A stretch of 64,000 nt of DNA, taken from positions 3,038,001-3,102,000 of the forward strand of contig CM039002.1 in assembly GCA_017499595.2 (NCBI GenBank). Direction: 5' to 3'. The translations under genes and the position numbers were made by a program. The DNA comes from Psilocybe cubensis (Eukaryota). Positions 35,701 to 47,896 of the stretch are shown here, piece after piece. The notes below the pieces were generated by a model, which was not told the DNA's origin, did no database searches, and was given only the letters and a program-made list of their open reading frames with translations. Each line of letters starts with the position of its first letter. The first letter of the stretch is position 1.

Positions 35701-38104
35701 ATGATCACTATCGCTGAGTACATATTAACCCGGCTCAGGCAACTAGGCGTCCAGGTACTTTATGACCCTCAGTAAAGTAACAAATTGGTTGAAATATCCG
35801 CTCGTTTAGCACATGTTCGGAGTCCCCGGAGAACTCAACCTGGCTTTCTCTGTAAGAAAATAACTGTTTCTCTGCAGACTGTTACTGATTATACGCAAAG
35901 GACATCATTGAGGATCATACAGAATACAACATCAAGTGGGTTGGAGGCTGGTGAGAAGGTTGCCTTGCACCATAATGATGCTCCGCTAACGTGTTTTAGT
36001 AATGAACTTAACTCGGCATATGCTGCAGACGGATATGCAAGAGTGAAGCAGTCCCTCGGCGTACTTTTGACAATGTTGGTGAATATCTAATACCTAACAT
36101 AAAAGACAATTTACGTGTTATTTTGTACAGTTTTGGCCCTGGAGAACTCTCTGCCATGAACGGCTATGCAGGAGGTTTGTCATTTCAACTATACAGCATG
36201 CATTGTCAATTCAAAAGAGTCCCCAGCTGCTTCGGAGGATGTTCCTTTGCTTCATATTGTTGGCGTACCCAGCACGATTCAGCAAAAAAATCAGACTTTA
36301 GTCGACCATACGTTGGGTGATGGAAGGTATAGTCGTTTCCTAGATGTGTTCTGAATCGATTAAATAAATTCATAATATTCGAATAGATATGATGATTTTA
36401 GCAGAGCCGCCCGGCAGATGGCGTATCCTCAGGCGATTATTGACAAGAAAGAAGAAGCAGCCTCGAAAATCGACCGAATTCTCATTGAATGCATTTCAAA
36501 TGTAAGTCCTTGACTTCCGAGTCGTTATCATTTCATTCAGCTCTCAATCGATTACCAGTCCCGTCCAGGATATCTCGCATTACCTACTGATCTTGTAACA
36601 CAAGAAATTTCATCCGACTCGCTACAATTTCCATTGAGTCGATATGTTGCTCAGAACGACCCCGCAGCGGAAAAATTCGTTGTGGACCGAATCTCCCACC
36701 TTTTTGGTCAGTCCATGGCGCAAGGAGAGGAAGCAGTGGTCCTCGTAGACTTGGGTGCTATCCGGCACGATGTTGTCAAGGAAGTATACGATTTGGTGAA
36801 TAGAACAGGGTTCCCTGTCTTCTGTACTCCCATGGCAAAGACCGCTATTGACGAAACCTATGAGCGTTATGGAGGTGTAAGTCGTTTTTAAATACGTTTG
36901 CATAATATAGTGGCTAATGTCCCAAATTTCAGGTATACTGGGGCTCAATCCTGTCTAGGCCGGAGGTCAAGGAGAAAGTCGAGAACGCGAACATCGTCTT
37001 ATCAATTGGATCTTTTATATCAGACTTCAACATGGGTAACTTCAACTACAACATTCAGACAAGCCGACTAATTGAGGTTCGCAATATTTTCTTACCCAAA
37101 GCCGACCAGTTGGAATAACTCTCCGGTAAATGATTCTAGTTGCAACACGATCGTACAAATATCCAAGGCACGATGTTCCCCGGAGTCGGTATGAAGCAGC
37201 TCATTCCCAAACTCGCAAACCAGCTCCATCATATCTGCAACGAAATTAGCAAAACAGCCGTCGCAAAGTATGTGAACATAGTACCACAAGAAAGCGACGA
37301 CGCAATCACAAATGCTTGGTTGTGGCCACGATTCGGCGAATTCTTCAAGGAGAATGACATTATTCTAGCCGAGACTGGTAGTCCTCAGTACGGGATTATT
37401 GATATTCCTCTACCTAAGGGGTCTGTTTTGCTGTCTCAGATGCGATGGGCCAGTATTGGGTGGACTGTCGGTAAGCTCAACTATTATTCTCCAAGGATTT
37501 GAGGACAGAATTACCTACACTTTGTTTCAGGAGCAACACTTGGTGCATGCTTGGCTGCTTCTGAATCTACTACACCAAGGCGTAGTATTCTTCTAGTAGG
37601 CGATGGAAGCTTGTAAGGAGAAATCTCTATCCGTGAAGGCAGCAGCGCTGACATCAAACCATCCAGGCAAATGACCGTTCAGGAATTGTCTTCGATCATT
37701 CGTGCAGGTTTAAAACCCATCATCTTTGTATTCAACAACCATGGCTATACCACGGAACGCATGCTGCACAGGGAAAGCACACAAAAGTACGTAGCAATTT
37801 TTTTTGGCAAGTCCAAACCATCCTATTCACACGCACATGCCGATACAGGAAATATCCGGACCTCGCGCTCTGGGACTACGCTGGCCTGCTCAAAGTACTT
37901 GGTGACTTAGACGGAACTCGATCGCGGTCATACAAAGCTCATACTAAGCAAGAACTTTCTGCGCTCTTGAACGACGAGAAGTTCGGGAAGGGCGACACAT
38001 ACATTGAGCTGGTGGAGATATTCTTGGATAAGCTGGATGCTCCTTACGCTTTGACGAACTGGCCGAAGGCTGGAACAGCGCCTGCGAGGAGATCTAGAGC
38101 TTAG
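35701..38104 (+). CDS. ThDP-dependent 2-oxo-acid decarboxylase, pyruvate decarboxylase family (variant active site)
   Basis: Spliced: [101 protein letters not shown]; many short introns; stop 38102-38104. Confidence 0.9.
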
Positions 38105-38434
38105 TTGTTACAATGATGTAATTCATGTTTATACTTGTAGGTGTAATTTGTCAATTACACCGTGACACGGCCTTGTCAAATTTCCGAAACGTGCTGCATT
38201 TTCACAACTTCCAGGTGGATTTTTGGCTAAGTGAGTTATCATATACAGTGTTTGAATTACGTACGAGTTAGCGATATAATTTCAACTAGGGCTCGGCTTG
38301 GATCAATCAATAGATTACGATAGTTCACTTGCCTCTCGACCAACAACTCTTGAGTGATGGTAATCATTGCAAGCGATATATACGCCCGAGCGTAATCAGG
38401 CGCAAGCCCATGCAAGCCTAGTCTCGTTCCCATC

Positions 38435-39216
38435 CGTTATAGGGCACGATCTCCCCTCCTGCAAGAGGCCCGGGACTAATAGGCGGAGATCAAAGTCGGA
38501 GTCAAAAATTCTGCAAAATCTGATCGGGGAGATGTGCCCTATAACGTCTGGTGCAATTGCATCAGTAAAGATGCGGACATGTCACGCCGTGCTCACGCAT
38601 CGACTTGACGCCGTCTAAGTCAGGATTTTTGGTCCAAGGACAACAGTTCTCTTCGTTTGAATATTTATCTCGCCATATCTCTAATCTCAAGTATGTAAAG
38701 TGCCCAGTTGCGGCCGAAAATGTTATAAAATTTCCGTTGGAAGGCTCTAGCCCGTGTACAGGTACTAACCTCAAGTGTTAAGTGTGAAGATCTAATATAC
38801 TTAGGCTGAATGGGACAGTAGAATTAGGGTAGAAAGCAAAGGTTTGATGTTACAGCATTACCAGGCCGGGTACTCACTCTGCGAGTTCACACTCCTTGAA
38901 ATTGTCAGTTAGGAGTGGATGCACCAAGACATCAAAATAAGGCTAGCTTAATTGGATTGCACTGAAATCAAATAATATTGTATTTATTGTCATCCAGTAA
39001 GTCTAAGAGTGATTATTGGTGAGTAAATTGTCTATTAACAAGGAGAACGGGGAGTATGAGGAGCATTGATTGAGCGATAAAAAGAGAGTGAGAGTGTGAC
39101 TGATGTGACAACAGGGGCTGTCCGCATCTTTACTGATGCAATTGCACCAGATGTTATGGAGAGCGATTTGCAACGGTTTTCGTCAGAATTTTTGACTCCG
39201 CTTTCATTCTCCGCCG
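38435..39216. repeat. Nested inverted repeats, probable DNA transposon/MITE remnant
   Basis: 38482-38579 is the inverted copy of 39119-39216 (shared ATAAC.TCTGGTGCAATTGCATCAGTAAAGATGCGGACA and CGGAGTCAAAAATTCTG); 38435-38456 also pairs with 38526-38546. Confidence 0.7.
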
Positions 39217-39499
39217 GAGCTCTCCCGAACATCTGGAGCCGAGATTAATGCAAGCCCTAACATGAAGGTCACCTGCAACTTGGCAGTTTTAAGCGCCTAA
39301 ATAAACCCCGAAACCCCGTAAGAATTTTGAAATCACTGACCTGTATATAAATTAAGATTATCCTTAAAACACAAATGATCATTACTAGATGTGGCTGGAA
39401 ATCTGTGAACATGAATACATACACAAATATTAAAATTCCATAATGTACACAAAATCATAAAGTATACATGAAGTTCCAAAAGAACGCGCTACAAATCTT

Positions 39500-40759
39500 T
39501 TATGAGGCTCGTACCTTTCGAACAGGTTCAAACCTGGTTGTCGAAGTTGTGGTATTGCGAGAAAGGGACGAAGGATAGTCTACTGTATTTCGAAGCGGTT
39601 CCAGTCTCGTGGTGGAGGTTGTAGTGTTGCGTGAGAGCGCCGGACTACCCTGTCTTAAAGGCTCCAGTCGCGCTGTAGAAGTAGTAGTCTTACGAGAGAG
39701 GGGTTGAGAATGATCCACCTGCCCGTATGATGTGCCGTGTGATAGAAGGTTCCTATTGGACGGCGTTGGAGACCCCCATCTTCTCTCAGTAGCGGCATCG
39801 TCATCGTCATTGGCGACGACAGACCCATGCGCAAGGCTGGGAATGCTATCCATAGCATATGCTTCATCGAGGTCTTCGATCTTAGGGCTATGAGCAGGCG
39901 AGTTTAAGTCATGGTGCGTGCCGACGCCACCGTCTACTTGACTCCTTACGGTGGCATGCTGCGAGAACATGGTCGACGTGGGCCGTATAGGCGGCACGGG
40001 CTTCGATCTCCCATAGGATGCTTTCATCAGCCTACGCCGCCTGCCCAAGGACACGCAGATAAAGAGGAAGACGCTGAAGCTGACAATCGCAAATGTGATT
40101 CCGAACCCTAGAGCGAATCGGGTTTGGGAAGGAGTTGTTTTTGGGGCGAGAGCTGCAGCGGCCCCTCCTGCTAGGGAAGAGGCAAAGCTGCCCCCGGGGT
40201 TAGTGGATGTGCCGTTGTTTCCGACGAGTTGAGTGACTCTGCGGGTATTGTGGAGAGGTCAATCCCCAAACGTTAATGGAAAATAATGAAAAGCTGTATT
40301 ACTGACGTAAAGGCATCAACGCTCAACGTAGTGCTGTTTTTACTCCCTGGGACTATTTCGAGGAGATGAGATGTGTTATTCAGGCCTGTTCGCGACCAAA
40401 AAATATTGGTAGCGTTCTTGTTGACAGCCTTTCCAACAGGGGGCGAAAGGTCAATGTCTTCAGAGAGAGCTCCGTCCAGTTTGAATCGAACTGAACTTCC
40501 GTTGATATAAGCTGATCTGTAGTATACGGCTACCCCTGTTTCCTTGCCGGTTATTCAAGAAAATGTGACGAGTTGTGATTTGCGCACCTTGGAAAGATAT
40601 CCCAGCGGAGGGGCCCTCACTGGAAGTACAGGAACTGTAAGTCCCCAAATACCCCTCGCCCTTATGCACCGTCCACCCTGATCCATTACACTCTGATGGT
40701 TGAAACAGAAAAGAAGTGGAATTCAAGGCATCGTCGAAAGTGATATTGAGCGCCGTCAT
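39500..40759 (-). CDS. Single-pass membrane protein with extracellular beta-sandwich-like domain
   Basis: MTALNITFDDA..GW..GTYS..AGISFQG, spliced exon containing FWSRTGLNNTSHLLEI..LSVDAFT, TM FALGFGITFAIVSFSVFLFICVSL followed by GRRRR, cytoplasmic tail to 39500. Confidence 0.7.
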
Positions 40760-41953
40760 GGTGCAAGAGTGTTACTGGCCGAACGTCATGCGATACAGCG
40801 GTCTGAGCTTTTAACAAGGGTAATTTGACAAGACGTTACACAGCAATGGCGGGGAGGGAGAACCTCTAACGTGTTTGATGAACGAGACACTCCACCATTT
40901 TGATATTTACACTTCCCCAGAAAATTCAGTATGAACCGCATGGTTCATGTCCAGGTCCCTTGGGAAAGGCCCTGCCAAGTATGGGTCGCTCAGTAGGCGT
41001 TGTTGGCAGTGGTGGTGGACGTAGTGAATTCTTCCAAGAATATCTGTGGGTTCAACACATGATCTGATGAGATCAAATGAATCCAATCAGTTGTTTTCCT
41101 TGCCGCTCGGAAATCGGCAGAATGCACAACCACCACCGTTGCACCACAACTATGTTGTTGAATCGCCAAAATTCAGTTTGGCAGATTTTATGGCAGTTCT
41201 ATAATTAATTACTGTTAACCTTTGATGATCGTCCGAGGACTGGAACAATCTTTGTATACCTTCTGATGCTGTCAAAAAGTACCTTTAAGATAGCTATCGC
41301 ATAGATGAAAATGGTTGTTCTAATGTGATTTCATAGTCCTGCCTTTTGCTATTATACCTTTTTCAACTGAGAGCAGTGCAATTCTATGCAGGCATGTTCG
41401 CTCTGCCGCGAATTGTTTGACCTGTCAAAAATTCTCCGTAGAAACCGTGAAGCGAGTTGTGGAACAGAACAAATGGCAGCGGTCTCCCTGAATTCGCCAA
41501 AGGTATTTAGACTTGAGATCAGTGTTACAGTATATCATCATCTAAGTAATTCGCAACAACTGAAAACATGACAGTAACAACTCACGCAGGTTGCACCCTA
41601 GATGTTCACAAATAGTAGAAATCGGTGTTGCGATGACCTGAGCTAGCATCCATCATGAATCAATAGCCAGCAGTCAGACAAACCAAACGATTCAGAGCAG
41701 CGATGAGATCCGGTCCAGCGGTCGATGGAGGCTTTGCATTCAACTAATGTTCAGGAACCAGGTAAGTAAGCATTAGTCCTTGATAAAATCCATAAATTGC
41801 CTATAAATGAAAAGTTAAGATACAACAACGACATTGGTCAATAAACAAGTAATAAAGGAAGGAATGACGAGAAAATTAACAGATCAACACCACCGTCGCA
41901 CCCAAATGGCAAAATATCTCAACCACGTCGCGGCAAACCGCAATCGATCATAA

Positions 41954-44900
41954 CTAAACAAACTCAACCCCAATTTTTGTACTCCTTCTCGTGCCCCTCC
42001 TACTCGATACACTGATATTCGACGCGCTGATACTGATGTTTGAGATCGAATCATCTTCCGCCGCCGCGGGCTGGTTCTTCAGCAAGCTCATAAGCCGTTT
42101 CTGCTCCTCTTTTTGCCCCGGGTCCTCGTACATCACGCGGACGCTTTCGCCACGAGTGTTCAGGTCGATGCTGTCAGGGTATGATTCAAAGGGACTGTGG
42201 GTGTCCCCGAAGGCTGAAGCTTGAGAGTGACGGCTTGATCGGGTTCGCACTCTGGTGGCAGGGGCAGGGGCAGCTGGTTGTGGTTCGGCGTCACCAGAAG
42301 GTTGCCTCGACTGTGGCTATAACAACAAAAAGGTTAAAACATCGTTGAAATCTGGTATTGTCTTAGGAAGACACACCTTGGACCTCTGTGGTCTCTGCCT
42401 CTTCCCACTCCTTGGCCCTGCAGCACCAACCATCTCTGGTCCAACAGCAGCAGTCCCTCCAGCCCCTTCCCCATCGGGCGACGCCCGCTTTCCCAGTAGC
42501 GATGTAATACTCTCCTGCAGCGCCCTTGTCGCCTGATGGTCGATTTTCACTGGTGAAAGTGAAGACCTGCTTCCCTGATTCCGCGGGATCTTCATCGGCG
42601 ACGGCGATGTTGAAGATGGGACCCGGCCCACTTTATCCGTCACATCAAGCACAGATATCGTTTTTTGTAGTTGTAATACACGCTGTGGATGAGAGTTGGG
42701 GTTGGAATCAGTGTCATGGTTTACATTCAGGTTGGAACTTGGTCTGCGAGAAAGATGGGGTAGGGAGGTTTCCGAGCCTTGCTCTTGAAGGAGGCCTTGC
42801 GCAAGTGGGCTTAAAATCGTTTCGCCGGGTGTAGGAATTGAGGAGGGATGGCTGACCGGTGCAGGACCGCCCAAAGATTCATTTGGTTGGCCGAATGACA
42901 TTCGGGCTGGAGGTTCAGGAGTGGATATCACGACTGTTGCGATACGCTCCAAAGGCTTTGTCTTCTTCTTAGAGGTAGGCCCATTGTGCTCAGGAGGACT
43001 TTCTACTTCAAGACCGATGAGGTACGATGCAGAGTAAGTCAAGTTGGGAAGCACATACCATTTGTGATGTCCTGCATCATCATAATATTTTCAACCTCGA
43101 CGTCCATAGCATCAGATGCCGCCTGTTTGTCCACTTTCGCCTTTCCTTTGCCTTTAACATCCATAGGAAGAACATCGATGTCCATGGGTTGACCATCCTC
43201 TGCGGCGGGTTGAGGGGGACCAGCGATCAAATATTCGTTAGGACCAGGAGCCACACCCGTTGATGCAAAAGCGCGCAGCCATTCGAGACCGATAACTGGG
43301 ATGTTCCGCTCAATAGCTTTGTCAAATTTGTGGCCTTTGCCAGCCGGACAGAGCAGATGTGTTGAGGTTTTGTTGAATTGAGGAACAAAAGTGATACCTG
43401 AGAGATACACATATTAACCCAAACACGAAACCGTCATGGGTAGAGATAGTGTTACAACTACGTACCAGTAGCCTTGAAAAATCGGGCTAGGCCGCATGCT
43501 TCAGATTGGTCGAATCCAGAGAGCGCTATCCTTATTTTCTCAGCTCCTTTTTGCCAGTGTCAGCAATACCTAGACAGAAATAAGTATGCAAAGGCATACC
43601 AGGGATAGGAATTTGGGTTGCGATTGGCACAGAGGAAATATGTTCATGAGGACCGCATATACGATCCTCGTAGATACATTGCTCTAGCCAACATTCAGTG
43701 CGGAATTTTGCCCTCAGCGATTCGTCCTCTTCATCTCTATACAACTTGCTTCCGCTGAGAAGGACTCTCAGGTTAACATAAATATCTAGCAACACAACTA
43801 TGAACACGTACGTGACCAAACGAACGATAATAAAGTCGACATCTTCCTCCTCGTCAACCGATATAGTACCGCCCAGTTTTTCAATGGCCTCCCGTACCTT
43901 AGAGCCCCTTGCCTCCCCTAGGATACGGAGCTTCATTCCCAAGAAGATCTGTGAGGCTTGAGGCGTAGTTGGGTCGGGTAGGGCACTTGTCGAGGCATTG
44001 TTGTCACCCATAATAGCCATTGCGGTCGACGTGCGCCGGAACGGGAGCTGTCGCGAAGGGCCTGCTTTGGCATTCGGAACAGCAGGGGCAAATGAATTAG
44101 CACGCCTAAATGACGAAATGACGCTTCTCGCTGCACCAAACTTGACCGGGGAAGGAGGTTGTAGTTCTTCAGAAGCTTTTCGCTTGCCAAGACCCTTCGA
44201 GGGACTCAGAATGACTTCTCCATCGGTGATTTCGTACCCACGTCGCTCAAGGAGACTGCCCCACAGCTGAAGTGTGACAGCAGGTAAAACGTTCACAAAA
44301 GCAGGTTCATCCTCCGCCTCTTCCATATTCTTCACTTGTGGCTGTCTGGAGGCAACTGAAGAGGAAGGGATTTCGTCGTGTTGAGAAGGAACGTCGAATG
44401 AAGTGGGGGGTGGAGGACTGCTGCGCTGTAGGGCTTTTCGTTCGGGACGTGGAAGACTAACTTGATATTTAGCTTCGTCAAATCTGCCACCAAAATCAAT
44501 CGAGTCCCAAAACCACTCTTCCCATACCAAATGAATCTTGGCTTCGCCTCGACTATTGAACTTTTCTGCATACTTCATCTTTTCCGTCTCCTCGTCGCCT
44601 GAACAGAGTAGATGTGTGACGCGAACCGGCCGCTCGAGGTTTTTGAGATATTCGCCTTGATGTGCTTGCACGAGTTTGCTTATCTGGGTTCTTCTAGTAA
44701 TGTCGGTGATTCCAGAGGGACATATGACCACCCCAGAGAAGATAGGTAGTCGATGCTGCTCCACACTCTGCCAGCAAGATTTATACTCATATTACCATAC
44801 ATTACGCGGGACAAACGTACCTTTACAACGTCTACATCGTCCCCCTTGAGCCATATCTTGTAGTTTTCTGTAATCCAGGACGGTGTCACAATAGGGATTT

Positions 44901-45374
44901 TGCGTTCGAGGGCACACTGGTAAAGTGTCAGATCAAGTCGAACATGTGAATTGTGACGCACCATATACTTTGCACTTCCATGGTCAATGGCGACTAGATG
45001 TGTTACGCGATCTGTAAAGGCTGGTGTACATGTAGCGCCCAGTTCGACGGCTTGTTTGAACAGTGTGGGCTAACGCGACGTCAGCTTAATCGCATTGTTT
45101 TCCAACTATCTCCACACCTTGTCAGGAACTCCAGTGGCACAAATTGACATACCCTTGAGCGGCCGTGGACATGAATCATAGAAAGAGGTATCTTCGCTGC
45201 CATCTTGCGAGTCCTGTGCCCAGCAACTTTCTTCGACTGGTCGTGAGTATGCCCCTTTTTCGGCTGGCCGTAACTTGACCCCTGGAACCTATACAGCACA
45301 GTAATGAGTTTCAGGCTGTAGAAAAAGGCCTCAAGGCTCACCTTGGTGGATTTGTTGCCCCTCCTCTTGGACAT
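41954..45374 (-). CDS. Multi-BRCT DNA replication/checkpoint scaffold, Dpb11/Cut5(Rad4)/TopBP1-like
   Basis: Several BRCT repeats: FTDRVTHLVA..GSAKY..CALERKIPIVTPSW; IFSGVVICPSG..VTHLLC..KMKYA..LVWEEWFWDS; FRTECWLEQC; STHLLC..GHKFDKAIERNIPVIGLEWL; late VMYEDPGQ motif. ATG at 45374. Confidence 0.85.
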
Positions 45375-45427
45375 TGTGAGCTCGTCGTTGCGGTAAACAG
45401 AAGTTGATGGCCCAATCACACTGGCTC

Positions 45428-45458
45428 ACGCGTTAGTTTAGGGCAGGTCGTCACGCGA
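45428..45458. promoter_or_regulatory. Possible MCB-like elements (ACGCGT, ACGCGA)
   Basis: ACGCGT 45428-45433 and ACGCGA 45453-45458, 54-84 bp upstream of the BRCT gene start; consistent with G1/S regulation but short motifs can be chance. Confidence 0.35.
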
Positions 45459-45958
45459 TTAGACTATAGTGCGGCCGAGCGTTGGCGCAGATCATCACAC
45501 ACGCTCATCCCTAACCAGGCCTAACCCCAAATTTCTTGTTCCTCGAGTTGGAGACGAAAACAGAACTATACTCAGTTCACATTCTCTAAGAAACGAGAAT
45601 ATGAAAGTCCCATTGAATCAGTCAAAAACAAAATCGCAGAACCGTTGAGGAGGCTCCGATTCGCTAATAAAGGTGTGCTTACACCTTGGATCGTTTTGAA
45701 TCCTCTGCTACTTAAGCCTTCAATATAGTGACCAGGATGCTGTTATTTAGGTTTGGATTTTCTATACTATCGTCAGTGGACAGTCTAAGTACTTACTTAA
45801 TGCAGTCTAAGCTAATTAAATCTAATTCTGTTTTTCAAGCCTCAAGGACATTTTGTCATTCCGGTGCCACTTCGCACGCTCCGGGTGGTTCGCATTTCAT
45901 ATATATATATGAGGCCTTCTGGTCGGCAGTGCTGATTTGCAGGCATCTCTCTTGCCAA

Positions 45959-47322
45959 ATGATCTCCATCTCGACCGAATCGAATGAAGCTGGTATAAAA
46001 AGGTAGGAAATAATTTTGGCTTACACCATCACGGTCTAATAGGCATTTCTCAATAAACCGACAGCGCAGAAGTATTGGTAGGTACCACTTTGTGTCGACG
46101 CATGAAAATTGGTGACGATAATCGGCATTCAGCTTGTAGCAAGTTTGCTGAACTCGGGGGCTTATGGGCTGTTACTATGCCAAACCTGTTCGTAGCTTGC
46201 TCTGGTAATTTCAACCTTACTAGGGCTGACGCAAATACTTTAACCAGATCTCTATTATTGTGCATTTGATAATAAAGACGGACTTCGGCTGAAAGCCACT
46301 GTTTACGGGATTTTCATTTTGGAAACGATACAGACGCTGATGGTCGGAAGAACGGTTTTCAATGAGCAAGTCCGTGGATTTCTGAACCCTGAAGCCACAA
46401 ACTATGTTCGTGACCTCTGGTTCAGTGTTCCGATTATCGGAGGACTAGGTGAGCTATACACGGTCCCTTGATATGCACTCTCGATAACTTTTATTGTAGT
46501 GATATTTATAGTACAAACGTTCTATGCCCGCCGCCTTTTTATGCTAGGCAAAGCCGTCTGGCATCACAAGCTAGTTTCAGGAGTGATAGTCGCTGTAAGT
46601 GCCGAACTAAACTTGAACGGCATAGACTATCTGGCTCGTGACTGAAATGCAATACCTCAAAGCTGGCCGTAACACAGTTGATTGCAACAATAATTACCAG
46701 TATCGAGACTGCCCGTATTCGACTCTGGAGTCGTGTTTTTGAAAGAGGAACACGCGTGCCATTTCTTGTATGTGGACTTTATTAAAGTTAGTGGCATTCC
46801 AACGAACTTCATGGTATAGATTTGGAACTCATCAGGAGCGGCGTGTGATGTGGTTATTGCATGCTCTATGACTTACATGGTAAGCATCTATTTTCCAAAT
46901 ATATATACGCGAACGCACTGATATAAATTCTTGCAAGCTAATTTGTGCCAATCCTCAATACAAGAAAACCCGAGTCCTCATTCAAAGGCTGATCCGATTA
47001 ACTATCGAAACCGGAGTGTTAACAGGCAAGTTATGTTTGTTTTTTCTGCATTGCTACCTGGATGTCGTCTGATCCCCGAGCAGCATTGGTGGCGGTATTG
47101 AATATCCTGCTGGTAGTTGTTCCAAAGGGGCATCCTCAGTACTATCAGGTCACCGCTGCCCTACTTTCCAAAATGTACGCGAACACAATCATGGCGATTC
47201 TGAACAGCAGGATGAGTCTGCTGGGAACTTCAAAATGGGATTCGGGGAGGGATAAGGTCCGAAGTGGGGGCCTGACGTTCGCGCCAATTGAGAGACTTGG
47301 GATGTCATTTGAGGATTTATGA
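45959..47322 (+). CDS. Multi-pass integral membrane protein (DUF6534-like Agaricomycete family), paralogue 1
   Basis: Spliced motifs LLNSGAYG, YYCAF..KDGLRLKATVYGIFILETIQT, FIVQTFYARR, GAACDVVIACSMTY, LIRLTIETGVLT, LSKMYANTIMAILNSR. Start uncertain. Confidence 0.75.
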
Positions 47323-47896
47323 CTCGTGATCCGGAAGGTATCTAATTTTATATATTTATCGTTATTGACTCGCTCTCTGTTGCGTTCAGATTGTTACTAT
47401 GTAGCATGTATTAATATAGTTTACTAGCTATAGGGGCAAAGCCTCCGTGTATTTGATGATACATTTTAAGCGGGCAAGCCGAAGTCAGAGAAACCCCTTA
47501 TTCCAATCCGACTCCCTTATCGCCAATCAGCCTCACAGTCCACAAACCCGTTATACACTTATAATGATAGATGATCTGAGTGATAAAGTGTCTAACAAAG
47601 TTTTCTGCGTCTTGATACGTGTTCGCCGAAGTCAAATCCACGACACAAGTCAAACAAGCGCCCAGCGTGAGAAGATCCTTTCACCACTCACAATCACCAT
47701 GGGCGGTATTCACAGGAACGATAAGCCGCATTGTTTCCGTTGTAATATTTGTTTGATTATAGTTCGCAATGGTATAAAGTTGCATGGGGATATATTCGGA
47801 GAGAACATTTCTCCCCAATTCCAGTTTCTTCTGCGATGCCTAAGGTGGCAGTTTCTAGTTCCCAGCGGTAGGCGTCACCTTATTGTTGATTTAGAT

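Noticed and set aside
38090-38104. C-terminal SRA of the decarboxylase as a peroxisomal signal
   Set aside because: Does not match the PTS1 consensus, and stop readthrough gives LLQ, also not PTS1.
27471-38104. Acyltransferase as part of a secondary-metabolite cluster with the oxidase and decarboxylase
   Set aside because: Separated by housekeeping CK2 beta and no backbone synthase is present in the window.
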